Origin: a virus
Direction: 5' to 3' (one strand)
Length of the DNA stretch: 64,000 nt
Virus record (IMG/VR): IMGVR_UViG_3300019927_000017
Span: 1-64,000 of that record
Of this stretch, positions 30,593 to 39,263 are shown one piece after another. Under the pieces are notes generated by a model that did no database searches, was not told the origin of the DNA, and saw nothing but the letters and a program-made list of their open reading frames with translations. Numbering within the stretch: position 1 is the first letter of the stretch; the number at the start of each line of letters is the position of its first letter. Made by a program: the position numbers and the translations under genes.

Positions 30593-30847
30593 GTGGGTAA
30601 ACTTCGCTCTCTCGCTGGCATCTTCGACTTCTTCGTACCGGCTGAAGTGCTTAGTTCGGTACTACTGGTCTTCACGATGGAGAACATCCTCGACCATGCC
30701 TTCTCTGCCTACGTCCCGTCCGAGTTCGAAACAGCAGGATGGATAGCGGTCTACCTGCTCGGCGCGGCGGCCATCTCTGGCCTCAACTACGCGACGGCTG
30801 ACGACGAAGAACTGGAAGACCTCAGCGACGACTTGGACGACTGGTAG
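30593..30847 (+). CDS. two-TM membrane protein with acidic tail (holin-like candidate)
   Basis: Two hydrophobic helices. Last gene of the late operon. GTG start. Confidence 0.5.
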   Translation: MGKLRSLAGIFDFFVPAEVLSSVLLVFTMENILDHAFSAYVPSEFETAGWIAVYLLGAAAISGLNYATADDEELEDLSDDLDDW

Positions 30848-30898
30848 TCCACCTCACCGGGTGGGTTCGGGGCGGGGAGTTTGGCTTCACAGCAATGG

Positions 30899-31036
30899 TT
30901 ACTCGGTGAGTACGGATTCTGCTTCTTCTGCGATGCGACCGGCCTCGACCCTTGCGGTCGGCTGGCGAGCATCATCATCTTGGACACTCTTCATTTCGGA
31001 CTTCACGAAGGCCACTTGACGAGGACTCAACTCCAT
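30899..31036 (-). CDS. small protein (45 aa), candidate regulator
   Basis: MELSPRQVAFVKSEMKSVQDDDARQ... Its upstream region carries TTCAAGTG/CACTTGAA and ACTTCAAGTC palindromes. Confidence 0.4.
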   Translation of the reverse strand: MELSPRQVAFVKSEMKSVQDDDARQPTARVEAGRIAEEAESVLTE

Positions 31037-31039
31037 AGT

Positions 31040-31084
31040 TTCAAGTGGACTTCAGCACACTTGAAGGTACACTTCAAGTCTTAG
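31040..31084. promoter_or_regulatory. cluster of ACTTnAAGT-type inverted repeats
   Basis: TTCAAGTG (31040) pairs with CACTTGAA (31058), plus ACTTCAAGTC (31071). Confidence 0.45.
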
Positions 31085-31101
31085 GCTACAACGACAAAAA
31101 T

Positions 31102-31160
31102 CCCCCAGCAGGGACAGAGACTCAATGTCTCTATCCCCGCTGGGGGTCTTTTTTATTTTT
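31102..31160 (+). terminator. late-operon terminator: roughly 20-bp imperfect hairpin followed by a T-rich run
   Basis: CCCCCAGCAGGGACAGAGAC-tcaat-GTCTCTATCCCCGCTGGGGG, then TCTTTTTTATTTTTAT. Confidence 0.75.
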
Positions 31161-31173
31161 ATAACCGCTGTTA

Positions 31174-31228
31174 CAGCAGTACACCAACAGCGACCTTATC
31201 GCTGTTAACAAGAAGGTAAAACTATACT
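31174..31228 (+). repeat. leader repeat copy 2
   Basis: CAGCAGTACACCAACAGCGACCTTATCGCTGTTAACA...AAACTATACT. Confidence 0.8.
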
Positions 31229-31374
31229 GACGGCCATTACTGCTACCCCGGCTCCTATCCTGACTTCCATCGCCTAAGTCAGGTTTGGCACGCAACCACC
31301 CTGCTGATGGTCGCTTCCGTTGAGATGGGAACTACTGGTTAGAAGAGTAGAGTCGCGGCAGGTTAAGTCTTACG

Positions 31375-31593
31375 TTACTGGTGCGGGCCTCGGATGGCCC
31401 AGTCAGGTATCTGGCCTATCTTGTCCACGTAGAAGAGATAGACCCATGGCAGGACGAACAGGATGATTAGACACCACACGGCCAACAGCGATAAGCCCGC
31501 GAGGGTGTTGCCGAAGTAGGCGTAGACCGCGATTAGTATGCTGACGATGCTACCGACTCGGAACGCGAAGTCGTATGCTCTTCTGTCTTCCAT
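31375..31593 (-). CDS. two-TM membrane protein (72 aa)
   Basis: Hydrophobic helices IVSILIAVYAYF and LSLLAVWCLIILFVLPWVYLF. Confidence 0.6.
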   Translation of the reverse strand: MEDRRAYDFAFRVGSIVSILIAVYAYFGNTLAGLSLLAVWCLIILFVLPWVYLFYVDKIGQIPDWAIRGPHQ

Positions 31594-31655
31594 TTTGTAT
31601 TTGGTATCTAACTATAACAACGCTGTTCAAGTGGCTCCGTCTGATGGGGTACGGT

Positions 31656-31801
31656 GGGCAGTTAGCCAAACTGGTAAAGGCGGCCCGGATTAAACCGGGC
31701 TTTGCCGGGTCAGGGAGAGCCGATGATGGAGGACAATTAGAAGCCTCTTTCAGACAGTCCCCGTATGATTCGGCTTCCGGGTTCGAATCCCGGCCTGCTC
31801 G
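31656..31801 (+). tRNA. tRNA-like gene with a roughly 70-nt internal insertion (intron?); isotype unresolved
   Basis: 5' GGGCAGT-TA-GCCAAACTGGTAAAGGC (class II-like D arm). 3' CCGGG-TTCGAAT-CCCGG T arm plus CCTGCTC, which pairs 6/7 with the 5' end. I could not fold a canonical anticodon arm. Confidence 0.45.
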
Positions 31802-32116
31802 CTACTGAACAGTCACATCAACATCGAGGTCGGGGTCTGTCGTCGGGTCGATGCGCGGCTCCCCCGCCTTCTCGATGACGACTTCGAACGAATCACAGTC
31901 GTACATCTCTTTCTTCTCCCCTCGGACTACGAGGACTTCAGGCTGTTCTGCGTGTGACCGTATTGCTGTGTCGGCCATCGCTTCAACGTGTTCTGGCATC
32001 CCCGCCGGGATGTTTTGCCGAGCCGAGTCGAGAACAACTCCACCGCAGTCCTGACACTCTACGTAGAAGCGTTCTATCCTACCTGCGTTTTCGAGCAGTC
32101 GGCAAATCTCACCCAT
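31802..32116 (-). CDS. hypothetical protein with CxxC (104 aa)
   Basis: ORF track. Its stop abuts the 3' end of the tRNA-like gene. Confidence 0.6.
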   Translation of the reverse strand: MGEICRLLENAGRIERFYVECQDCGGVVLDSARQNIPAGMPEHVEAMADTAIRSHAEQPEVLVVRGEKKEMYDCDSFEVVIEKAGEPRIDPTTDPDLDVDVTVQ

Positions 32117-32576
32117 CTACGTCACCCACCGTGACAGTAGACTCGATGACTCTGAGCGGCATCGGCGGGTTGATGGTGACGGTCACGTCAACGATGCTGG
32201 CGGTGTGGGAGACTTTGATGTCGTAGTCCATCTCCCGAACGTCTTCCTTCGTGAACTGGTGGTCTTCGTGAGCGTGGTCGTTGACGATGGGGGTTGCTTC
32301 GGTGTAAAGGCAGTCACCCTCCCACGAGTGGTTCTCGGGGTCAACTGCTCGCTTGATTTTCTGTCGTTCGTACTCCGTGTTCGGAACCAGCTCGGTTCTG
32401 ACTTTCTGGTTGTATTCGTGGAGTTTCTGACAGCACTCACACGCCGATGGAGCGACCGTCTCGCCGCCGTGCATCTCGGGCTGGCAGTCGTCGTCAGTCG
32501 CGGCGGCTGTCCCCAACCCAGCGGCGGCGAGGACGCTGGAGATTGCGCTCGCAAGGAAGTCTCGTCTCTCCATCAC
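32109..32576 (-). CDS. Tat-signal secreted protein, Cys/His-rich
   Basis: N-terminus MMERRDFLASAISSVLAAAGLGTAAA is a twin-arginine signal. Overlaps the rtcB stop. Confidence 0.65.
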   Translation of the reverse strand: MMERRDFLASAISSVLAAAGLGTAAATDDDCQPEMHGGETVAPSACECCQKLHEYNQKVRTELVPNTEYERQKIKRAVDPENHSWEGDCLYTEATPIVNDHAHEDHQFTKEDVREMDYDIKVSHTASIVDVTVTINPPMPLRVIESTVTVGDVDG

Positions 32577-33958
32577 TCGGCTTTGAGGTTCAGCACAGGC
32601 TTGATTTGGTCAACGACCTCGGCGGTCGGGGTGATGGCGTCTTCGATAAGGTCGGCGGGCTTGTACGCCATCGGCGCTTCGTCCAGAGTTTCGCCGTTGA
32701 CTGAAGACGACTCCACGTCGGCCATCGTCTCCTTGAAGTCCTGCACGTCCAGTTCATCGAACGCTTGGGTTCGGGACATCACCCGGCCAGCACCGTGTGG
32801 AGCCGACTGGTTCCAGTCGTCGTTGCCTTTGCCACGAACCAGAAGCGTGCCGTCCCTCATGTTGAAGGGGACTACGGCGATTTCATCTTCGGCGGCGCGG
32901 GTCGCTCCCTTTCTGATGGTCATGTCTTCGAAGTCGATGAAGTTGTGGACGGCTTCGATGGGAGTCTTCGGGATGGCTCCGACGACCTCGGCGACCTTGG
33001 ACATCATGAGTTTCCGCGACTGAGAGGCGTACATCTGCGCGAAAATCATGTCCACATAATACTGGTGGGCTTCTTCGCCCTCCAGATAGGCGAGGTCATC
33101 ATCGAACTCCTGCACGGCGTTGCTTCGGGCCGTGCTGATGATGTCGAAGACCTGACCGATTTGCTTGCCTTCGAAGTCGGCGCGAATCTTCTCGGCATGA
33201 GGCTCCAACTTCGCGTTGGCGTACTCTTGGTAGCCCTCGGGAAGTCGGTCTTGGTCGAACATCTCGGCGCTTCGAAGGTCGGACGCCCGTTCCTGATGGT
33301 GCTGGGCTACGTTCAGTCCGAGGCCCCGACTCCCGCTGTGGATGACAGCCCACAGTCCGGTCTTATCGCTGTGGCCCAGTTCGATGAAGTGATTGCCGCC
33401 GCCGAGTGTCCCGATGGAGTTGATGGCCCGAGTCATGTCGTAGCCAACTCGGTCGCACAGGTCTTTCAGGTAGTCGAGGTCGTATCCTTTGCCGTGGACT
33501 GACGTGCTGTGAAGGACTCCGTACTCCCGTTCGAAGTCAACGAGTTTCTTGCTCGCTTCGTTCCACGGGAAGTCGTTGCCGATGTGGTACTCCTGCTCGG
33601 AGTGACCGTCGTCGCCGTAGACCTTGAACCCCATCGGAACCTTATCGCGGATTTCCTCGTCCCACAGTTGCAGGGTCTTCCGGTCGTAGTCCACGTTCCC
33701 GAAGTTCACCGCGTACATCCCACAGCCGATGTCCACGCCGATGGTGTTGGGGACGACTCGGTTTCCGAGAGGCATCGTGAAGCCGATGACTGCACCGGAG
33801 CCGACGTGCGTGTCGGGCATGATAGCCACGTCGTTCTCGAACGCTTCGTGGTCTATCATCGTCTGAATCTGGTCGATGACGCCATCTTCCAGTTCGTCTT
33901 CGGGAAGCATTACTTCTGCATCGGTACTTGCGCCGCTGATTGTAGTTGTGTCTGTCAT
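32573..33958 (-). CDS. rtcB: RNA 3'-phosphate/5'-OH ligase RtcB
   Basis: Motifs DTHVGSGAVIG, GGGNHFIE, HSGSRGLG, VHNFIDF and SAPHGAGR. Trimmed to the ATG at 33958. Confidence 0.92.
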   Translation of the reverse strand: MTDTTTISGASTDAEVMLPEDELEDGVIDQIQTMIDHEAFENDVAIMPDTHVGSGAVIGFTMPLGNRVVPNTIGVDIGCGMYAVNFGNVDYDRKTLQLWDEEIRDKVPMGFKVYGDDGHSEQEYHIGNDFPWNEASKKLVDFEREYGVLHSTSVHGKGYDLDYLKDLCDRVGYDMTRAINSIGTLGGGNHFIELGHSDKTGLWAVIHSGSRGLGLNVAQHHQERASDLRSAEMFDQDRLPEGYQEYANAKLEPHAEKIRADFEGKQIGQVFDIISTARSNAVQEFDDDLAYLEGEEAHQYYVDMIFAQMYASQSRKLMMSKVAEVVGAIPKTPIEAVHNFIDFEDMTIRKGATRAAEDEIAVVPFNMRDGTLLVRGKGNDDWNQSAPHGAGRVMSRTQAFDELDVQDFKETMADVESSSVNGETLDEAPMAYKPADLIEDAITPTAEVVDQIKPVLNLKAE

Positions 33959-33969
33959 GGTTGGGTTAG

Positions 33970-34254
33970 TTAGTTGTCGTCTTCTTCGAAGCCGTGTTCG
34001 TCGCAACGGTGCGCTTTGAAGGTCTGAGTGATGTGGTCAGGCCACGGTTCTCTCTCACCTTCCGGGTTCGCGTAGGTCGTGAAGCCTACCCGTGCGTAGT
34101 GGGTCGCATCAGCCCCGCAGTAGCAGTCGTGGTCGAGGTGGAACTTCTCGGGAAGGTTGGAGTCGTGTTCCTCGTAGGTGACGACGTTGACTACGTAGAA
34201 TCGGTCGCACTCTACGTAACTGCCCTCACCGTGGATGTGGTCAGTCACGGCCAC
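33970..34254 (-). CDS. hypothetical His/Cys-containing protein (94 aa)
   Basis: ORF track, GTG start. Confidence 0.55.
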   Translation of the reverse strand: MAVTDHIHGEGSYVECDRFYVVNVVTYEEHDSNLPEKFHLDHDCYCGADATHYARVGFTTYANPEGEREPWPDHITQTFKAHRCDEHGFEEDDN

Positions 34255-34373
34255 CAGAACTCCTCGCCGCAGTCTTCACAGCGATGCTTGCCTTCCCTAT
34301 CTGCGGCGTAGAGTAGTTCGTAGCCGTTGCTCTCGATGAACGGGCCTTCCTTCCCACAGCCGGGACACTTCAT
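34245..34373 (-). CDS. tiny zinc-ribbon ORF (42 aa)
   Basis: MKCPGCGKEG...HRCEDCGEEFWWP. ATGA coupling to the upstream gene. Confidence 0.4.
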   Translation of the reverse strand: MKCPGCGKEGPFIESNGYELLYAADREGKHRCEDCGEEFWWP

Positions 34374-34678
34374 GGCTTGAACCTCTCCAGAATCTCCTTC
34401 GCTCTCGGTGGGAGATTTTCTTCACGAAGGTCGTACCGTTCGACCCGCTGACCTTCGAACCGTCGCTTCGGGTCGTTCGATGGGATGAACTCTAACGTCA
34501 TGTCCATCATGTCGAACTCCGATAGGACGTACAGGAAGTCGTAGCCAGCACGCCACGCCGCGTAGATTTCAGTCTCGCGGGCCAGCATCTCGACGGCCAT
34601 CATCTCGTTGAAGGCCGTTTCGATTAGCGTCTCGTCGTCGCTGGTCACGATTCCGGGGTGTTCATCGTAGACAGCCAT
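34370..34678 (-). CDS. hypothetical protein (102 aa)
   Basis: ORF track. Confidence 0.6.
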   Translation of the reverse strand: MAVYDEHPGIVTSDDETLIETAFNEMMAVEMLARETEIYAAWRAGYDFLYVLSEFDMMDMTLEFIPSNDPKRRFEGQRVERYDLREENLPPRAKEILERFKP

Positions 34679-35125
34679 CTACATGAACGCCCCCAGTTCT
34701 TCGTTGTCTCCGGCCATCGTCTCGGGGGACTCCGCGCCGTAGATGTACCCGGTAAGGTCAGCGCCGTCTTCGATGGGGACGTTCACCCATCGCTGGTCAT
34801 CTACCTTATCGCCCGGCCCGTTGACAACCTCGCCTTCGTCTTCAACGTACTTCGCATCGAAGACGAAGAACTTCTCCTGCCGGTCGATGTAGAGGACGAG
34901 CATGGCGTCACGCTCGACGGCCCGCTCGACCTGATTCTCACCGAACGAAGCGAGGCCCTTGTAGACGTACTCCTTCGCACCGAGATGGAACTCCTCGCCC
35001 TTCCGGGTGAAGACCGTATGCCGGATGCCGGACGACCGACACCGGCTCTGGTGCGTCGTCTCCAATTGTTCGTAGCCCTGTTCGAGGAGCAGGTCAGCCG
35101 ACTTGGTGAGCAACTTCTCTGCCAT
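34679..35125 (-). CDS. hypothetical protein (148 aa)
   Basis: ORF track, directly downstream of polB. Confidence 0.6.
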   Translation of the reverse strand: MAEKLLTKSADLLLEQGYEQLETTHQSRCRSSGIRHTVFTRKGEEFHLGAKEYVYKGLASFGENQVERAVERDAMLVLYIDRQEKFFVFDAKYVEDEGEVVNGPGDKVDDQRWVNVPIEDGADLTGYIYGAESPETMAGDNEELGAFM

Positions 35126-37843
35126 CTACATGAACGCCTCCAGCCCGCTCTGGCTCTGCGTCTTCCCGGCGAGAGCCGCCTGCGTCTCCACGCCGAAGGC
35201 GTCGAGGATGTCTTCCATCGGATTGGCGAGACACTTCCGTTGCATCTCGCTGGCGTCAATCTTCAGGTCGATGTCTTCGAGGTCGTAGGCATCTTCGTAG
35301 GCGATGACATCTACTCCTTCGCCCCTGACCGTCTGTCCGGGTTTCACCTTCGCTCGCTTCGGCTTGTCTCCCTTGGCGAACTCCACATCGAGAAGGTGGT
35401 TGGCGAACCACGCCGCCCGTGGCGCTTCACCTCGTGGATGGTCGCCGGTCGTAGACCACGAGTAGTTGTCGTCGCCGTCCGGGTTGTCAGGGTCTATCTT
35501 CTGGCCGAGGCCCTGTGGGATGCCGAGATTGTCCCAGTCGGGGTCAGCCGGGTCGATGGAAGACGCGGCGTCGTGGACTGTCTTCACCACGGCGTCCTTA
35601 TCGGCTCCACGAACGATTTGTTCCAGAACCTCTTCCTGCGTCTCCTTCGTCAGCATCGAGAAGTTCGACTTCACGCAGGGATAGCCTGTCACGTCGAACT
35701 TGCCCTTGCCGTCCTTGACTTTCTCGTCAAGGTCGTCGCCCTCGTCCCACATCTTGAGGTAGGCGTAGTTCTTCTTCGAACCGGACATGAAGAACCGCTT
35801 GGCCCGCATCTCCACCTCAATCTCCCAGCGGTTGTGTTCTCTCGGGATGTTGAACTCGTCGCACAGCACCGGGTAGACCTGCGACTCCAGTTCAGCACAC
35901 AGTTTTTCAGCGTAAGCCAGCGTGTACTCCTGACTCCAATTTGTCGGGAACTCGACATAGTTGCTGTCGGTGTCCCCGTAGACCACTTCAGCCCCCTCTG
36001 CCGCGTTCTGGCTGATGTACTCGGACGTGGCCTTGATGACGCGCTGGCCGGTGAGGGTGATAGCCGCCGCGTCCTTCGGATTGTAGAGCGGTGAACGCGC
36101 CCATCCCGAGTATCCGTAGAACGAGTTGTAGATGGTCTTCGTGACGTTGTACGCTTCAGCGTACTCGTCCCACAGGTCGGTTCCGTACTCGGCGGAGTTC
36201 CGTTGCGCCTTGAACTCCGCTTTCACCTCGTGGTACTCGTCCACAAGTTCTCGGATGATACCGTCGTGGTCGGTACGGAACATCTGGCCGTTGGCGGCCT
36301 CGACGTACTGGCCGTCAATCTCGTCTTTCAGTTCGTACCACTCGACCGTCCCCTTCTCAACCTCAATCCGGGTGTCCGGTGAGGCGTTGAGCATCCATTG
36401 GGTCATGGGGTAGAGGGACGCAAGGTCAACCCCGCAGACGTTGTACTTCACGCCGGAGAACGCTTCCTCGACGTGAGCGCCTTCGTAGTTCACCTCGTCG
36501 TTGTTGTTCGAGTTGGCGACCGCCGGGTTGTCCCACGCCGTTATCATGGCGAGGTCGTGTTCAGCACACTTCCGCCGGACGGACATCTCGATGTACTCGT
36601 TGTTCTGGTGGGTACGCCGCCAGTCCACACCCACCATGTCTTTCAGCCGCTTCTTGAAGCCGAGAACATTCTCTGCCTCATTGACACCCACGGTCAACCG
36701 GGTGTCTTTTACGTTGTAGTTCACGAACTTCACCGGGTCGTCCCGGTACATCTCGAAGTAGCCCTGCTCCTGATGCTCTATCTTCGTCTCGTCCAGAGCG
36801 TCGGCGGCTACGTCGTCCAGTTTGAACGAGCGCGGCTCGGTGAACTTCGTGTCACCCCAGCCGTCCATCAGGTCGTAGAGCGCACGGCCTGTGATGCTCG
36901 GCTTGAAGTCGTCGCCTCGGTCGTCCACCTCTACCTCTCGCTCTCGGGAGAGGCGCTGTGGTGACGCTCCGACCGACTTCATCCGCTCGATGATGTGCGG
37001 GAGGTCGAAGCCGTCTTTCTTCGAGTCGCCGGAGTTCCACCCAACGATGATGTCGGGGTTCTTGTCCTGAATCCACGACCCGAAGGCAATGAGCATCCGC
37101 CGTTCGGATGGCTCGAAGTTGAGGCTGTCCGGCTCGGTCAAGCCGATGTCTGACAGCGATAAGTCGCCATCGGCCATCTTCGCCCGCTCCACCGCCGAGA
37201 GGTCGAAGAAGTCTTCGAACGACTCGCCGTCCACGTCGAGGAAGACTTCGTACTCTTCGTCGTAGGAGTCGTGGACGGCGATGGAGAGGATGCGGGCCTC
37301 TCCGGGGTCGGGGAAGCCAGCGCCCCGGTCGTCCGTCTCGATGTCCAGCGTGACAACTCTCGGCTCCACGTCGGTCATCTTCACCGGCTCCAGTTCATCG
37401 TGGTCAACGATGATGTGTTCACCGCGCCGGGTGTCCGTGGGAACTCGAACTCCCGTTCGGATGTCTTCGTCAATCCGAAGCCGCTCGGTGAAGAGACAGT
37501 CTGCGCCCCACGTCTTCTCGAACTCGTCGCGGAGATTCCGAATCGAGTGTGGGTACTCCGTGACGACCTTCACGAGGTCGGTGGGGTTGGCATCGAACCG
37601 CTCCGACAGCGGGTCGATGTCTACCTCTTGGTACTCGATAAGGTCTTCGTAGTCAGCCTCGGCGACCTTATCGGCGTCAGTACGTCGGGTGAGGAAGTAC
37701 GGCGGGAAGCCTCGAACGCTGACCGTCCGGGGTTCATGTTCCGCCGTTCTGCCGTACAGCCGGACGATGACTGAATCGAAGTCAGTATCGCCGGGGTACA
37801 GCGTCTCCGTCGTGGTGATGTAGAGTTCTTCGTGTTCAGTCAT
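35126..37843 (-). CDS. polB: family B DNA polymerase
   Basis: Exo I VVTLDIETDD, motif A DLASLYPM, motif B KTIYNSFYGY, motif C YGDTDS. Confidence 0.97.
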   Translation of the reverse strand: MTEHEELYITTTETLYPGDTDFDSVIVRLYGRTAEHEPRTVSVRGFPPYFLTRRTDADKVAEADYEDLIEYQEVDIDPLSERFDANPTDLVKVVTEYPHSIRNLRDEFEKTWGADCLFTERLRIDEDIRTGVRVPTDTRRGEHIIVDHDELEPVKMTDVEPRVVTLDIETDDRGAGFPDPGEARILSIAVHDSYDEEYEVFLDVDGESFEDFFDLSAVERAKMADGDLSLSDIGLTEPDSLNFEPSERRMLIAFGSWIQDKNPDIIVGWNSGDSKKDGFDLPHIIERMKSVGASPQRLSREREVEVDDRGDDFKPSITGRALYDLMDGWGDTKFTEPRSFKLDDVAADALDETKIEHQEQGYFEMYRDDPVKFVNYNVKDTRLTVGVNEAENVLGFKKRLKDMVGVDWRRTHQNNEYIEMSVRRKCAEHDLAMITAWDNPAVANSNNNDEVNYEGAHVEEAFSGVKYNVCGVDLASLYPMTQWMLNASPDTRIEVEKGTVEWYELKDEIDGQYVEAANGQMFRTDHDGIIRELVDEYHEVKAEFKAQRNSAEYGTDLWDEYAEAYNVTKTIYNSFYGYSGWARSPLYNPKDAAAITLTGQRVIKATSEYISQNAAEGAEVVYGDTDSNYVEFPTNWSQEYTLAYAEKLCAELESQVYPVLCDEFNIPREHNRWEIEVEMRAKRFFMSGSKKNYAYLKMWDEGDDLDEKVKDGKGKFDVTGYPCVKSNFSMLTKETQEEVLEQIVRGADKDAVVKTVHDAASSIDPADPDWDNLGIPQGLGQKIDPDNPDGDDNYSWSTTGDHPRGEAPRAAWFANHLLDVEFAKGDKPKRAKVKPGQTVRGEGVDVIAYEDAYDLEDIDLKIDASEMQRKCLANPMEDILDAFGVETQAALAGKTQSQSGLEAFM

Positions 37844-37992
37844 GGTTCTTCTCCGTCTTCGTACCAGCCGGGGCAGGTGATTGACACCGTACTGTACGGG
37901 TCAGGCTCTTCTTCTCGAACGTCAGCGCCGCAGAGTGGGCACTCGTCAGGCTCTTCGTCTTCTTCCCAGTTGCCGCACTTGTAGACGACCAT
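37840..37992 (-). CDS. tiny zinc-ribbon ORF (50 aa)
   Basis: MVVYKCGNW...ECPLCGADV...ITCPGW. ATGA coupling at both ends. Confidence 0.45.
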   Translation of the reverse strand: MVVYKCGNWEEDEEPDECPLCGADVREEEPDPYSTVSITCPGWYEDGEEP

Positions 37993-38243
37993 CAGTCGCG
38001 CTCGTGGCGACGGGTGTAGCCCGACTTCTTCGCCTTGTTCTTCAGTTTCTCTTCCTGCTGGGCGATTTCCTCCATGTACCGGCTGATGGGGAGGCTCAGG
38101 TCTATCCTGTCCTGCACCTGCCGACTGTGCATCAGCACCGGCATCCGAGCGGCCTGTGCTGAAACCGTCCGAGCGTCGTCGCCGCTGAAGGTGAACGTAC
38201 CATGCTCCGTCTCGACCGTCGCTTCGTAGTCGTGTTCTGTCAT
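37992..38243 (-). CDS. hypothetical protein (83 aa)
   Basis: ORF track. Confidence 0.55.
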   Translation of the reverse strand: MTEHDYEATVETEHGTFTFSGDDARTVSAQAARMPVLMHSRQVQDRIDLSLPISRYMEEIAQQEEKLKNKAKKSGYTRRHERD

Positions 38244-38728
38244 CGTGCGTGGGTCGCTCCTTCCTGCTGTTGGTAACTGCCGTCGTAGCCCGACGACGGG
38301 CTGTCCAGTTCGAAGAAGACGAGTTGAGCGATGCGCTCACCTTCTCGAAGGTCAACCGGCTGGTCGCCGAGGTTCATCAGTTCGAGCGTGATTTCGCCCT
38401 CGAAGCCGGGGTCAATCCAGCCCGCTGTCTTGTGAACGATGACCCCCTGCCGACCGATGGAAGAGCGCCCCGCCAGTTGCGCGGCGATGTGGTTCGGCAG
38501 GTCGATGGTTTCCTTCGTGTGGCCGAGGTAACGCTCGCCCGGCTGGAGTCGATGTTGGGGCGACTTCACCGAGTGGTCGCCCTCGAAGCGGTACACCTCA
38601 CGACCGAGCCGAACGTCCAGCGATGCTGGCTGTATCTGCTCGTCGGTCGGTTCGGGGTCAACGGTGATTGTCTCGCTGAGGTGAGGGTATCGAAGGTGTT
38701 CTTCGATTGTCCCGTCTGACAGAATCAT
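38240..38728 (-). CDS. dcd: dCTP deaminase (dUTPase superfamily)
   Basis: MILSDGTI N-terminus, QPASLDVRLG, AGWIDPGFEGEITLELMN. ATG at 38728 coupled to the upstream stop (TGATG). Confidence 0.9.
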   Translation of the reverse strand: MILSDGTIEEHLRYPHLSETITVDPEPTDEQIQPASLDVRLGREVYRFEGDHSVKSPQHRLQPGERYLGHTKETIDLPNHIAAQLAGRSSIGRQGVIVHKTAGWIDPGFEGEITLELMNLGDQPVDLREGERIAQLVFFELDSPSSGYDGSYQQQEGATHAR

Positions 38729-38874
38729 CAGCGACACCTCCCCGAGTTGATGTCGGTGTAGATTCCAGCGTCTTCGGGAACGTCTTCGATGCTGACGCGA
38801 CTGAGTTCGTTACCCTGTGCGTCACGGAAGACCATCTCGAAGCCTTCGTCGGTGGCGATGTAGTCAGCCCCCAT
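38728..38874 (-). CDS. small ORF (48 aa)
   Basis: MGADYIATDEGFEMVFRDAQ... TGATG coupling at both ends. Confidence 0.4.
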   Translation of the reverse strand: MGADYIATDEGFEMVFRDAQGNELSRVSIEDVPEDAGIYTDINSGRCR

Positions 38875-39263
38875 CAGTTGCTTACTTCAACAGCGCCGCG
38901 AGGGAACTGTCGGAACATCTCGTTCGAAAGGCTCACGTCTGCCATCTCGACCGTCTTACCCCCACGGTGAACGCTCGGAAGTCGATGCTCCGTAGCGAAA
39001 TCGGTAGAGGTCATTGCCAGCACGGTATCTTCGAGCAGAACGACGAACTCTGCTGTCTCGTCAGCGATAAGGTCGGCAGTTTCTCGCGGAATCTGAACGA
39101 CCGGGCCGTTGTCATCTTCGGCGAGGGCCGCTTCCTTCACGATGACCGCGCTATCACCGAGCATCTTGTTCCGGCCCGTGAAGCCGAGAATTTCTGCTGG
39201 GTCGAACGGGTTGCTGATTGTCTCTTCCACTCGGAGTTTCGGGGCGATGTCGGGGTAGGTCAT
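38874..39263 (-). CDS. hypothetical protein (129 aa)
   Basis: ORF track. Confidence 0.6.
   Translation of the reverse strand: MTYPDIAPKLRVEETISNPFDPAEILGFTGRNKMLGDSAVIVKEAALAEDDNGPVVQIPRETADLIADETAEFVVLLEDTVLAMTSTDFATEHRLPSVHRGGKTVEMADVSLSNEMFRQFPRGAVEVSN

Noticed and set aside
31720-31760. Box C/D small RNA inside the tRNA-like insertion (GATGATGG).
   Set aside because: There is a one-mismatch C-box-like string, but no CTGA D box and no terminal stem in the right place.
31575-31808. 77-aa plus-strand ORF overlapping the tRNA-like locus.
   Set aside because: Its composition is not protein-like, and it coincides with tRNA-like structure.
33959-34006. N-terminal extensions offered by the ORF track. 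Examples: rtcB from 34006, terL from 9127, 60467..61879, 63141..63953, 4037..4600, 43066..43485 and 51428..51955.
   Set aside because: The extensions are Arg/Ser/Pro-rich and overlap the upstream gene. Internal ATGs coincide with start/stop coupling or with the GGGACACAACC box.
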